From Octopus sinensis (lineage: Eukaryota), in NCBI RefSeq assembly GCF_006345805.1, contig NC_043000.1, forward strand, positions 145,204,001 through 145,268,000: a stretch of DNA of 64,000 nucleotides, read 5' to 3'. The notes under the pieces are model-generated. The model was not told where the DNA came from. It did no database searches and saw only the letters and a program-made list of their open reading frames with translations. The position numbers were made by a program, and so were the translations under genes. The number at the start of each line of letters is the position of its first letter. Within the stretch, counting starts at the first letter, position 1. Below, in pieces: positions 24,221-38,397 of the stretch.

Positions 24221-25573
24221 TATGTGTATATATGATGTGTGTATGTAATGTGTGTAATGTGTGTGTAATGTGTGTGTAATGGGTGTGCCTGTGTGTGCAT
24301 ATTCTCAAGCAAGTATTCATACATTCATATATTCATATAAGTATTTTAAAGAGAGTGTAAAATATATAAAATTAGTTATAATTAAATTTAAAAATCTCTT
24401 AAGTATCTTTTTGATGATGGTTATACTTATTGTCTTTGAAGAGGGGAAAGTTGAATAAGTTCGAACTTTCTACTTTGACACATTCATATGACTGTAAAGA
24501 TTTCCCCGCCCTCCAGATTACCATACACATCTTGGACCATCGTGTATTATTTTAGTTGTCCCTATGCTGTTTGAAGAAACATCCTTATAGATTGTTTAAA
24601 TGCTGGTCAGAACAAAAGAATGTGTGAGGAGAACTTTAGCCTGTGATATAACGAGAAGTACTAGAAAAGAGAGATAACAAGGAGAACATGGGTAAACTGC
24701 ATAAACCAGCATGTTATTTATCAGCTGTCTCACAATAAAGAGTATTTTCCATTCGAAACACTCGTTTCCGTTCCATTGAAAACAACTCTTAATTCATTAC
24801 CTACTTCAGCCCTGGAGGGTGTATCGAAGTAACAAATTAATGACAGCCGGGTTCTCATTCAGCATTTGTTCTTCGTTATCTACCCGTCCTTCTCCTCTTC
24901 TTCCTTTCTATTACGATTCCTTTCCACATTTCAATTGCAACTATATTTCTCATTATTGCAAGCTTAAATAAATATTATTAATATATAACACACCAGGAAT
25001 GCATAATTAATTTATATAAATAGATATTTTTATTTTTCTATTTTGCTTTTAGATAGCATCAGAAAATACAGGCTAAGTATTTAATTTGATGTACTAAATG
25101 CTTAGTATTTTGTTGACGGTGCAGGCGAAATATATCATAGACTAGTTCAGATTTAACTAAGCGTAAACTATATGAGCTACACGTGACTTATGGCAGATCA
25201 TCGATACATGATAGAAACGTTAACAGCTAAGTCGCCGAACTTTGTATATGCCAATTAAATATACAACGTACAGCCTTTCAAGAAAAGTAAAGTGTATCGT
25301 TCCTTAAAACTACTGCAGTCACAAAACGTACAACAAATGCTGCCCATTCATCATAATAGTTACAGTTACGAAATAAATACGTTGGAATAATTTCTATTTA
25401 GTCATTTGCATTTTCAAAGACAGCACAAAATGTTTTCTTTTAAAAATCATTTCAAAATGATACTTAGATTAATACACAACTTAAAAGAATTTCTGTATCT
25501 TTGCATACAAAGATAAAAATGTTTTTAATAATTATACCATTAATGCCACTCATAAATCCCTTTTCAAGCTATG

Positions 25574-25608
<35 letters not shown>

Positions 25609-28199
25609 AGAGTGAGAATAAGTGCTGGACAGCGCATTAGTGGGTGAATATTCTTTATAGGTTAAAAAGGGTATCACTGGCTTCATGCCGAGAAATATTT
25701 CTCAGTAATTTGTCAAGCCTGTTCCGTGGAACATTAGTACATATCACCATCTTGGATGAGTATACAGGGAGCTACATACGTATTTATATTAACAAATATA
25801 TATGTATAAATGTATATATGTAAATATACATGCTTACACATATATATGGATGCATATTCATATACATGTAAGGTCCTGTGTCTAAGGTTGAATGTTTGAG
25901 CACTACTAAGAGTCTTCTGTTCGGAGAATCTCTGGATCTCCTATGTGAACGATATATGCATATATCGATACATACAAGCATACATGTTTTATACTTATAT
26001 ATACTAAACTTTTACACATGCTCAATATGCCATATGTTGTATAATCTATATGGATGTGTTTTAATGTGTGTTTCTTTGTCTGTTTAAAGATGTGCGCGTA
26101 TGTCTTTAAGTGCATATAGCTGTTTTGGATAATTATGTATATGTGTGTTTCTGTAGATGCAAACATAGACCTGTGTTTATATGCATTGCTTAAATTTTAT
26201 ACCATTATAGAAATGTATGCTAGGTTATATATGAGAGTACTAGAAGTGAATGCGATAGATAAAACGCAGCGATATAATCCAATAATGTTGATTCATATAG
26301 AATTATTTATATTAGCAAATTAGGCAATTTCCAAGCTTAAGTGATACAAATCACTGCTTTCATAGAATAGACTAATTCTGTGCTTTCCAATTGTTTCTTG
26401 AGGCAACATATGAAACCGTTTAACTCATAATATAGGATAAATACAAGTTTTAATTATTTTGACGTAAGATCTGTAGCAAATAATATTATTGACTGCTTAT
26501 ACATAAATGTCACTTGGTATTAAGTTGCATATTTATTAAATAGCATCATACTAACATTTGATACTTTGATGTGAAGAATCAAGTAGAAAATGTTCGCAAG
26601 CAACTGCCATTATTTGAGATATAATGATTCATAAATTGTCCAAAGCCATTCCAATTACGACAGAAAACCAGGCATGTGTTTAAGAAACGGAAAAGTAATT
26701 GCTGTAAATTTATATGTCTGGTGTTTAATAGAGATAAAATGAATTTGGTTTCATTAGGAGCACGTTGCAGAATGGAAGCAATTTTTAAAAATTGAACCCC
26801 ACCTCTAAAATGTAAGTAGAGTGGTTTAACAAACATAATAGTAATCGCTCATGTTACGTTGATTTTTAAGCTGTAACTGCTATAAAATAAAACAATGGAA
26901 TTCTACGAACATGAAATGTACCACATGATATTTCTACGTAATATAAATACGAGTTAAATCTCACTTCCAATACCTGACATTTAATTTAAAGAAGAGTATG
27001 ACATAACAGCTAATAATGTAAGCACAATCCCACAAATGTTAATGGTATTCGTTTTAAAAATGTCTACTCCGACGGATTTTCGGCATTGGACTACACAACA
27101 CTAACTACGATTTCAAAAACTTATAGAAATCATGCAATACTATTAATTATTAAAGCTTTTCTGAATTAACGTAATCTTGATGAATTAAACATCCTGATAA
27201 ATGAGATATCTTGATAAATTACAAACGAACGATGAACAAACATGAAAGTAAAATTACTAATTACCAAATTGCTTGGAAACATCGATGTATTACTATGGAC
27301 AGTTGCTGGACCATACAATCGTCCTCACAATAAGGCTAATAGTAAAAGAGATGTACCCACATTTTTGTTAAAATCGGGTTAGTATTGTAAGGATTATTGT
27401 ACAATGGGGTTACATTTACCTTCTGAAAGTGTCTATACAATATTGCCATCGATAGCATTGACTGCGTCAAAATATTGGTATATTTTCAAAACTGATAAGA
27501 ACAAACTCATTGTGTGAGACGAAGGGAGAGGAGAGAGAATAAGGCTTATAGTGGTTAAATACAGAACATGATATGTGTAGCCTCATATACATCCTCAAAA
27601 CTTTAGTTAAACGTTCATTCTTTTAACTTTTTTGCAGATAACAATTAATATAGCATCAATAACAACTTGTTTATTAGAGAAATCATTTGTCACCGAACAC
27701 TTCCGTTGCTTTCATGTCAAAAGATAATTAAATTAAACGTATTTTGTCTTTTATTTTCTGTTAAGTGAAACCCACAGTTACAGAATTATAAAAGAAGTCA
27801 CATAATTATCAATTTCCAGCATTCTTCATCAGTTAATTAATTACAAATTTTCAAACAGATGTATGTTAATTGCTCGATCATGTGTCCTTGTTGTTTAATG
27901 TATTAAGAGAAGAAAAAGAGCTTTGAATTTCTTTGAATTTCTAATTCGATAATTTATGTTGAAGGATTGTGGAAGACTGGTCCAACTAAAAGTGTTTTAC
28001 CTCGTCAAAAAGTTGGCTTTTTATATTTCTTATCGAAAGAAAACCTCACTTTCATGATTAGCCTTCTTTCTGGCGTGCACTTTTTCAGTTGCTCAATATA
28101 CGAATATTCTCCGCATGCAACGAGAGATAAAACAACGCATACATGCAGAAACACAATCAGGTGCTTAATTGTTTGAATACATAGGAGTTGAAGGGCTCA

Positions 28200-28385
28200 G
28201 AATTTCCAGTCTCCGTCTTCCCTTCTTTGGATCTTTCCTTTTCCTATGTTTCTGACGAAGAGCTCCACTCGAAATGTTAAACCCTCCTTCTTTCATTCTT
28301 TCCTGAGCGTCCAATAATACTATATTTGTTCTACGTCTTCGTGTTGTGGTGTTTTCTCTTTGTGTTTTCATGTTTGGATTAACTA
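28200..28385 (+). mobile_element. Short PLE-derived repeat (family P1) with minimal hammerhead at 28248-28282
   Basis: gttt-CTGACGA-a-gag-ctcca-ctc-GAAAT-GTT-aaac; ends ttggattaac directly into (TA)n. Confidence 0.7.
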
Positions 28386-28440
28386 TATATATATATATGT
28401 ATATATATGTACATACATATATATATATATAATATATATA

Positions 28441-28518
<78 letters not shown>

Positions 28519-29552
28519 CGTATTTTGTACGTATGTATGTGTATGTGTTTATTTGTGTGTATGCTGATATTTCAAAATTGATCGTCATGGAATGTGAAGA
28601 GTAAAAGTGAAAATATGAAATTAAGATAAATGGAAGCATTAGAAGAGATGGGATGGTAATAGAGGTCCATGCATTCTTATGTTGTAAAGAGGTAAATGAA
28701 TGGAATTTGATTTAGAAGAACGGTAAAGGGTGTCAAAAATTACACATTATAACTTTAAATCGTACCAACAAATCTCTAAGATCGGCATAAACACATAGAA
28801 ATGTTTGCAGTCCCTAATAGCTTGCCAGGACGTAAGTTTCTAGCATTTAAACATGATCTTTTCAATGAGCAGGTGAGATTAGGGTAGCAAAAATCTTCTA
28901 TTACGAAATATATGTGAAATATATCCACGTGTGTTTATGGTCTTCAGATTCCGCTTCCATTATGCAAATGCATCTGTGCTAGATCAGGTCATTCAAGAGA
29001 CACGTTTAACTTCTTCCTTCCGTTTTTTTGATTTGCTGCAGGTATCTCTGCCGAACAATATTACAATGGAAATAAAATGGTAATGAACACTACTACAATA
29101 TTCAGGCGCATATATGTCGGTGTGCTATGACGTTTTATTCTACAACACGGGTTCCGGATTCAGTCCCATTCCATATTGGGTAACTGTGTACAACTATATT
29201 TCCGTGCAAACTAAAGTCATATGAATGGACATTTGTAGACAGAAACTGAAACATTATACATATATATATATATATATAAGTATGTATGTACGCATGTATG
29301 TATGTATGCATGCATGTATGTATGTATATATATATATATATATCTACATATATATATATATATATCTACTACAGTAGTACAATGCCATTCACAGCAAACT
29401 GCTGATATTTGCACATTAGCATTTCCTTAAGGTAGCCATGCAATTTAAATCAACGTTTAATTATTTTTACAATGCCTTTAGAAAATAATCCATATTATAC
29501 ATATTCTCTGCTTTTACTCATACAAAGTTCTGACAGTAGTACACTTTTTACA

Positions 29553-29973
29553 ATGCCCGAACGTCACTTAAAATTCGATTGCCCTATTATCCTCCTACAC
29601 AATCTAAAAACACCCACACTATGCAACGGAACTCGCCTTGTGGCCAGATAAATGATGAACCATGTCAATGAAGTCCAAATTATTATGGTAAAAGCGATAC
29701 CGTTTTTATTCTGGAAATTCTGCTAACCACAAAATGCTTTCCCCTACCGTACGAGGTGACTTCAGCTCCATCCAAAATTCAGCTTCACCATGACAATTAC
29801 TAAAGCACAAGGTCAATCGCTGAAACTTGTCCGAATTGACATTTGAACGTCATGCTTTTCACTTAGGTAGTTCTACATCGGTTGTTCCAGAGTTGGCCGT
29901 CCAGATAAATTATTCATCTATGCTCTTGAACGAAAAGAACGAAAATGTGATCTACGAAGTAGCTCTACAGTAA
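29553..29973 (+). pseudogene. Helitron Rep/Hel (PIF1-like) helicase C-terminal relic
   Basis: PIILLHNLKTPTLCNGTRL; FSFTMTITKAQGQSLKLVRIDI*TSCFSLR*FYIGCSRVGRPDKLFIY; KNVIYEVALQ*; in-frame stops and frameshifts. Confidence 0.88.
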
Positions 29974-30191
29974 TTACTCCTCTACTACAATGTTCAAATC
30001 TACGTCAAACTGTAGCCGTTATCTCTCAGAGTTACTACAAGCATTTCATTGATGTTTTGCTTTATTTCCGTGATTGGTATCAACAGTACATTACCTTCTT
30101 ATTTCACGCAAGCTGTTCGCTCATAAGCGAAACCTGACGTTTATGTTTTATATTGTATGAAATTATATCAAGGGTGATCGGGTATTGTTGA

Positions 30192-30413
30192 AGTGCCGAT
30201 ACCTACAAAAACTACGGACAGTTATTTGGGCTTATATTTCTCCTATCCCTGTATTATGTTGACGAAGGAAAAGAGATATTTTTGCTTTAATCCAGAATGT
30301 GGAACCAAATTACAATTAACGTGATGACTTTTTAATTTTTTTCTCACGAGCCCGCTTTCAACATCGTGTATAATTTAGCTGGGGTTTTGGTAGTTTTTGA
30401 AGGTATCGGCACT
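30192..30413. mobile_element. MITE with 24-bp terminal inverted repeats
   Basis: agtgccgatacctacaaaaactac (30192-30215) versus gtagtttttgaaggtatcggcact (30390-30413), 1 mismatch. Confidence 0.7.
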
Positions 30414-30599
30414 ACAGAAATGCTGGAGAAAAGTCGCTTTCGCCCGCTCTCGCTTGATATTATTATAAACATAATCAGATTATTATTGATTTAATGTATA
30501 ATTTTTTATACTATGCTGACTACTTGATAAAAATCATTAACGATACTTTTATCCGTATATACGTTTTGAATTAATATATATGAACTTATATAAGGCTGG

Positions 30600-30737
30600 T
30601 TTCTCTCTGTTTCAGTCTACCAAATCTTTGGTTGGCCTGAGGTTATAGTATAAGAAACTTGACCAAGGTGTCACGCAGCTGGAAAAAAACTGGGAACCAT
30701 GTTGTTGGGAAGCAAGATTCTTTTCACACAGCCATTC

Positions 30738-30740
<3 letters not shown>
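30600..30740 (-). mobile_element. SINE family A, degenerate 5' half
   Basis: ctaccaaatc...ggttggcctgaggttatagta...ccaaggtgtcacgcag...cacacagccattcctg. Confidence 0.7.
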
Positions 30741-30780
<40 letters not shown>

Positions 30781-30785
<5 letters not shown>

Positions 30786-31375
30786 TTTATTAGGTTTTCA
30801 TTATATACAATTATTTATAGAGATTATTTTAGTTCTTGATTATAATATTTATATATATTTTCATTGATAATTTATATATATTAGTCATTTTAAATATTTA
30901 TGTAATTAGATATAGACTAATATTGATATTAGATTATGGGTTTTCTACCTTATAAATTAAAGTTAATATTTAACATTATAGTCGATTTCGATATAATCAT
31001 ATTTAATAATAGAGTTTAATATAAGTAAAATTATTATATTATATATATTATTTATATCTTAAAAATATTGATTATATTTTAGATATTTAAACCACCTGAT
31101 GAATGACTGCGACTCAAAAATTTGAAGAAGTTAGCAGGCATGAAACGATCGTAGTGTGATATTAATTATATTTTTTAATAATTTTGTTATATATTTAGAT
31201 AATATTAATATAATAATCTTATGTATTGGCTTAAGTGTTTCATTGTTTGATTTGCCTAATAGTGGTTTTGTCTCTAATTTAATATAATATAATATTTTAT
31301 TATAAAATTGGATTCAATCCTAAATCAGATTTTTCCCTGTAAGTTTGGATTTATTCCCTAATATTTATTATTATA
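30781..31375 (+). mobile_element. Very AT-rich PLE-type terminal segment carrying a hammerhead, flanked by (TA)n
   Basis: Contains the intact HHR at 31093-31156; (TA)n tracts on both sides. Confidence 0.55.
31093..31156 (+). ncRNA. Type I hammerhead ribozyme, palindromic stem III (dimer type)
   Basis: cac-CTGATGA-atg.a.ctgc[...]gcag.g.cat-GAAA-CGATCG-TA-gtg; core complete; predicted cleavage after GUA (A31153). Confidence 0.8.
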
Positions 31376-31432
31376 TATATACGGCGGTGCTGTATTATAT
31401 ATATATTATATATATATATTATATATATATAT

Positions 31433-31497
31433 GGCGGTGCCCCAGCATGGCCACAACTCATTAGCTGAAACTGGAAATATCAAAATCAAAATCAAAT
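31433..31497 (+). mobile_element. Isolated retroposon 3' tail
   Basis: ggcggtgccccagcatggccacaactcattagctgaaactgg plus (atcaaa)n. Confidence 0.6.
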
Positions 31498-31595
31498 ACA
31501 TATATATATATATATATAATATATATATTATATAATATATATATATTATATATATATATATATACATACATACATACATACATATATACATACAT

Positions 31596-31658
<63 letters not shown>

Positions 31659-31661
<3 letters not shown>

Positions 31662-31925
31662 CGCAGGAATAGCTGTGTGGAAAGAAGCTTCCTTCCCACC
31701 AACATATATATATATAAATGTATGTATGCATGTGTGGGTGCATATTTGTATTCGTCGCTCCAGCACCGCTTACCAAGCAGAGATTGTTTGTTTACCTCTT
31801 CTTAACGTAGTAGTTCCGTGAAAGTAGCCAATACGATAAGCGCGTGCGTCGGCACGTTCGACTAAGCGCTTCACGTCGCTTCCCAGAATGGCTGCAATTC
31901 ATTGACTAAAACAAGAAAAAGAAAG
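31659..31925 (+). mobile_element. SINE family A, old deleted copy
   Basis: cgcaggaatagctgtgtggaaagaagcttcc head; ttcgactaag...ccagaatggctgcaattcattgactaaaacaag tail. Confidence 0.6.
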
Positions 31926-32801
31926 GTATAAATATATTTTAACTCATATAACATTTTTATCCTGTTTTGTCTTCTAGAATATGTTCGTATGAAAAATCAC
32001 TTTTTTTCAAATATTTACTTACTTCAGAATTCTACTTAATATTCAATTGCAGTTAATTTTTGACAGGAGGTTGTATGCGCATTATACGTGGTGTATGTTA
32101 TATATCGCAAGAAAATATATATAACTCCAAAAATACTTCAAAATTTTAAAAGTTATGTGTAAATGCATTTGACATTATTTTTTATAATTATCATTTACTT
32201 CATTAAGCATTATTGTTATAAAATACATTTTAAAATGAATAGTAATGTTCGAAATGAATATATTATCACGCATTACTTATGAAATAACGAGGAATGGAAT
32301 GATATGATGCCAATATTTTTCCCACCGGATTGCAAAATGAGTAGAATGAGAGGAAAATATTTGGTAAATTAAATCTAGATGTCATGCAAGACATCAGAAT
32401 AAAGGCGCATATTTTGTCTCTTCATGGATATATTTCATGCAACAATTTTCATATAATATACCCAGCAGAACTCTTTATGACATGGAATTATATTCTGATA
32501 ACTGTTCTGGGTATAGGTTCTCATATTAAAACATTTGCTGCCTGAATGTCTCTTGATGCGTATCTGTTTCAAAACAGTAATTGTTTTAAAAACGCAATTT
32601 GTAATGTTAATTTAGCATTTCTTCGACGAACATAGGGGGAGGATGTCATGAAGCCAAACTATGTTCATATGTTCAGATCTCCTGATACCATCTTAGTCCT
32701 ATGAGTGTGTCTGTATGCAATCATGTGTGTATGTGTATATAGTTTTATATATACGCGTGTGCGCGTATGAGTGAATGTGATTGCATAGATTTGTATGTAT
32801 G

Positions 32802-32850
<49 letters not shown>

Positions 32851-33699
32851 ATGTATGTATTTATGTATGTATGTATATATATATATAATATATTATTATA
32901 TATATATATATTTACTTACAGTAGAGAGAGATAATTTTATATAATATAGTTATAATTAAGGGCACAAAAGCTACCATGATCTTATATGAATTTTACCTAA
33001 AATATGTTTATATACTGGCCACTGTTAGACTTCATTAATGTAAATGATAAAATTCCCCTCGGGACTGTTTAATTAATTCTGTACAATTCTGACCAAATAT
33101 TCACATGTTGAGGTAGAGTACGAAATTCGATGCGTATATATTTTTGAACATTTATATGTACTCGCATTTTGCCTGTATTTTCTGAGAGGATGTATAAATA
33201 TCTTCAATTATATCGCACAGTATGGTTTGCTGCTGAAGGAATAGTTAATAAAATAATCCAGGAATTGCTCAATCCCAAACTATCTGAAATATTTTATGAA
33301 TTTTTGGTAGTTCACTTCCCCAATTTCAATGTGTGTCTATTGATAAGTGAAGATTTGTAGTGGCTCGACGTATTTGGCCTCTGTTTTTGACATATAGGCG
33401 TGTTAGCTTATGTGACCCGAATTGTAATTGTACTCTATACAATAATATATATCACTATATATTAATTTATCCATTTCATATGCTGGTGACTGATAATATT
33501 CATTCATTTTAATGAATTTATCATTTAACTATGTTTAGATGTATATATATATATATTAATAATAATAATATGACAAGAAAAGAATGAATCAGATCTCGAT
33601 TTCATGTAAAGTAGAGGAATTTATCCATAAATATATGTCAGCTATATTATGACAAACAACTAATTGCCACATATGATATATATACATATATATATATAC

Positions 33700-33745
<46 letters not shown>

Positions 33746-33773
33746 ATGAATTGTACGTATGTATTTATGCTTG

Positions 33774-33809
<36 letters not shown>

Positions 33810-34799
33810 TGTATGTATATATATATTAATTCAAAAATACCAAAGTGCTTAAAATGTAATATGCTTCCTTTGTAATTAGAAGTCCATTAGTTAAAGCACA
33901 TACTGTGTACATGAGTATCGTACTTCTAGTACAATTATATGTAAGAATTCAAACTATCAACTAGTATATCTATATATTAATAAAAGTCAATACAACTTCT
34001 TACAATAAGAACAAACAAAATGAATAATTAAAATTAGCAAATAACTACATTCCTAGTTATTTTTGCCAAGTATAAAAAACATAAATATATGTTGTGAACA
34101 TGATGGATAGTACAAATCATAAATAAAGGTAAGTTGATAAACCTATATAGTTAATGAGGAATGTGTTTATAGACATACTGAACAGAGATGAATAAAATTC
34201 CTAGTTTGTAAAAAGCTGGTTTGCACCGCCATAACCGGTGTAGAGTAACATGACCTAGTTCTTCTGGTCTATGCTTTTCCCTTGTCCAGTGAGATCAAAA
34301 TCAACATCTATCTATTTTTAGAACAGAATCCAAGACTCACATGCTACAGTTCATTTGCATTGAACTCTCCATGAGTTAGGATATGTGAAAAAATATAACA
34401 GTAAATGTTTGATGTGATAACAAAGATTTTTTGGACTGAGGAATATTTTTGCTTTTTCAAATTTATAGTCTAATGTAATTTGCATAAATATGGGTTTAGG
34501 TAATAAACCGAAACGCGCGTCGGCAACATGAATTCACTATTATAATACATTGATTACTCTGCCTATGGAGTCTCCATTTTTTGTATTGTAAGCTTTTTCT
34601 CGTATACTGGAAAGATGGAACGATGGAATTTCAGATGTATAAGGTACTAATATCGAAGATAACCCAACGATAAACAGTAGTGCATATGCAGATGTGGAAT
34701 TTCGGTATTGTCAATTGATATAGATGTAAACTTGTGTGCGCCTGGATAAAAACCCTAGGAATAAACAACCACTTTCCATACAGACTTAAATATATATAT

Positions 34800-34990
34800 A
34801 TATAGTAAATACAAATGAACCAAGAACAAACACAAGAAAAAACAGCAGCGCGAAACGTAAGGATGTAGTAATGCAACGTATTAGCAGACGCCCAAGGTGG
34901 TTTTACGTTTGAGCAAAGTTCTTCTTTAGAGACTTGAGACAGAGGAAAGTCCAAGAGATAGAGAAGACGGAAGAAAAAATCGCCAGCAAT
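34800..34990 (-). mobile_element. Short PLE-derived repeat (family P1) with decayed hammerhead at 34900-34933
   Basis: Minus strand gtct-CTAAAGA-agaac-ttt-gctc-AAAC-GTA-aaac; ends at (TA)n. Confidence 0.5.
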
Positions 34991-35012
34991 TCATACACAC
35001 ATGCATATAAAT

Positions 35013-35113
<101 letters not shown>

Positions 35114-37277
35114 GTATGCATATATATATATATATATATACATTCATGCATAGATTATGCATACATGCATATACATATATACATAGATTTCTCCATTTTT
35201 GGGCTACAATTCGTTTCATATTAATGAATATATCTAAATATCTTATCAATTTCTCAAACCGAGCACATGGATGTATTGCGTTCGTCTCCATCTTGAAAGA
35301 AAACACAATGTATCGTGTCTTCCGAAAAAATCTCAGTGAAAGAAATAAACTTAAATCGCATTTAGTGAACAGATGACGTCCTAAATATTAGGGATGAGAC
35401 CCTCTCTCACTGCAACACAAATAATATTTCACACTTCGACACTTCAAACCGGAACTACCACCGCGAAACCCAGAATGAAAATTCCATTTCCTGAACCTGA
35501 AAATTGAATGTATAAGACACACGGTCTCCACGCATAGAAGAAACATGCCTTCATGACGAACTGCCTCAGCTCACAAACATACAAGCACCACATATACGTA
35601 TAATATAATATGATATAATATAATGCAAACAAATTTACCACCACACAGGACTGTTTTTCCCCAAAGTTTTGTTCACGAAATTTTCTGCAAATAGAGACCA
35701 TCACCATTCCTGTATGTGCTCGGCTTGAAACATCGTTAAGATCTTAAGATAACTTTTTAATAAGAAACCAATGATAGCCCTAATACGCAAATAAATAAAT
35801 TCTATCCAACTATGCGGTGTTGATCACTCGTTCTCGTCGTTCGACATGTGTGGGTGTATATGTGTGTATGTGAGTCTGTGCATTTATATATATGTACATA
35901 TATGTATGCTTGATTGAAGCAAATACATGTGAAACAAGGTCAGAAAAATAGCATTCAAATACCGAAGGTAGGGAAATACATTTTATTAATAAAGCTGCAA
36001 AGGCATCATAAGACCTGTTAATCAGAGTTTCATGAACAGGAGCAGTTTTTTTACGTCTTTTCAGCTTTATTAATAAAGCATATATGCGTCTGTGTGTGTT
36101 TGATTGTATGTTTTGTATGTATGTATTTATGTGTGTGTTTGCATTAGTGTCTCCATTAGCGCTTCTTGCACCTCTATTATTGCCTTATTTAACCCTGTTG
36201 AGTTAGTTTTGCAAGAATTGAAATGAATTTGAGCACACTACGTATTTTCTATACTGATCATAGGTGGCTCTCAGCTATTGTATTTCTCTCTCTCTCACTC
36301 CGTTTCGCCCCCTCCTATATATATACATACATACACACATATATAGAGAGAGAGTACTGAAATGCACGTAATGACATTAAGAGCATTTATTTCTGCCCAC
36401 CAACTTCAGAAACATATTTCCGAATTCCATGGGTTGCAAATTAATGTAAGATTAAAGAACTAGAAGCTTTGCCGTATTTGTCACAGTTGTGATTGCAGTT
36501 CGTTAATTGCTGCGCTTCCATTTATGGAGATATTTTGTACATGACTTGCGTCCATTTGATGTAGAGTTTCCTTGGGTGTTGCTGATAACACTCAAATATC
36601 ATGTGACTCTATAAGTGATCATTGTATCAAGAGTTTAAACTGCATAAGGAAGGCAGTTGCCTCGTGTAACAGCATGGATAATACGGAAAACTAGATATTA
36701 TGTACAATAATTACGTCATATGATTTTGATGTTAATAATCAATAACCCCAAATGATCATTCATCGACAGATTTTAATGGAAATTATACGATGGGAATGTG
36801 TACGCAAATCTGTCTCAAAAGTTATTAATAGTAACGTGAAATGTGTAGTTTATATTCACCTGTCCCAGTTTCGATTATTGATATCCACATGTACATAAGT
36901 ATATTCATATCAAACTCGCAAATTGGTGAAAAGGTTTTACAATATCAATATCTTTAATTATATTAATGTAAGTCATCATTGTTTAAATCTCACCAGTGTG
37001 AAAATTCAGTATGTGAACGTCATTAAACACAGTATCACATTTATATTAGGGCTCGCGAAATGTCACTGCAAATGCAGTGGGATTGTTTTGTACGTGATAA
37101 TAATTGCACCAAAACGAATCCCCACCGTCGTCTATCTGATTCAGTGCAAGTAATAAATACATCAATGGTTAATATAATATGTATCAGGTACTGGAATTTT
37201 CATATCCTATAAAGGGATGTAAATATATATATAAATACGTGTGCGTGTGTATGTATGTTTCTTTTTGTGTTCGTAAG

Positions 37278-37336
<59 letters not shown>

Positions 37337-38023
37337 GTATGTATGTATGCATGTATGTATGTGTATATTTATGTATACAGACGGAGGCATATTGTGTGTC
37401 TAGATGCAAAATACATACGCACAAACATGCATATGCATTAAAATCCAATGCACATCAGTCACTAGCACACAAATCTTACGTTAAATAGCTTTCACTACTT
37501 CTTTTAGATTCCTATACAACCGCGATCGACCATGGACAATCTCACTCACCTATCAGACGTAGTTTGGCACCTGGAGGAAAAGTATTCTATGCATCCGGGC
37601 ATACATACTTAAAAACCTACCTCCCAACTTATTACACACATAAATACATACACATACATATAAATATATACATATACATACATGTACTTACATAATACAT
37701 ACATATATGCATGCATACATATTATAACATACCGCTTCATACTATTCCAATAATAGTATTTTAGCAGTTAATACGACGAGGATTTTGCAGATGCAAAGTA
37801 AATAACTGGAGAATTCTAGAGTAACACAAGGTTTAATTATGGTGAAAACGTTCTGAGTCACATTCCCGTTGTCCCACATTTTAATTATTTCAAGTATATC
37901 TGAAATCAAATGTAATTATATGAGAATTTGGGACACTGGAAATAGTTGAAGCATGCTTCTACGTAGGTATAACATGCAAAATCTGCCTTGAGCATCAGGA
38001 ATCAAATGAAGAGAAAGAACGGT

Positions 38024-38397
38024 TTACTCTTTTACTCTTTTACTTGTTTCAGTCATTTGACTGCGGCCATGCTGGAGCACCGCCTTTAGTCGAGCAAATC
38101 GACCCCGGGACTTATTCTTTTTTTAAGCCCAGTACTTATTTTATCGGTCACTTTTGCCGAACCGCTAAGTGACGGGGACGTAAGCACACCAGCGTCGGTT
38201 GTCAAGCAATGCTAGGGGGACACACACAGACACACAAACATACACACACACGTACATATATATATATACATACGACAGGCTTCTTTCAGTTTCCGTCTAC
38301 CAAATCCACTCACAAGGCATTGGTCGGCCCGGGGCTATAGCAGAAGACACTTGCCCAAGATGCCACGCAGTGGGACTGGACCCGGAACCATGTGGTT
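38024..38397 (-). mobile_element. SINE family A, nearly full length, young
   Basis: High identity to 5458-5870 and 43457-43880. Confidence 0.92.

Noticed and set aside
26870-27510. Coding-looking stretch (LGNIDVLLWTVAGPYNRP...)
   Set aside because: Multiple stops and no motif I could assign with confidence
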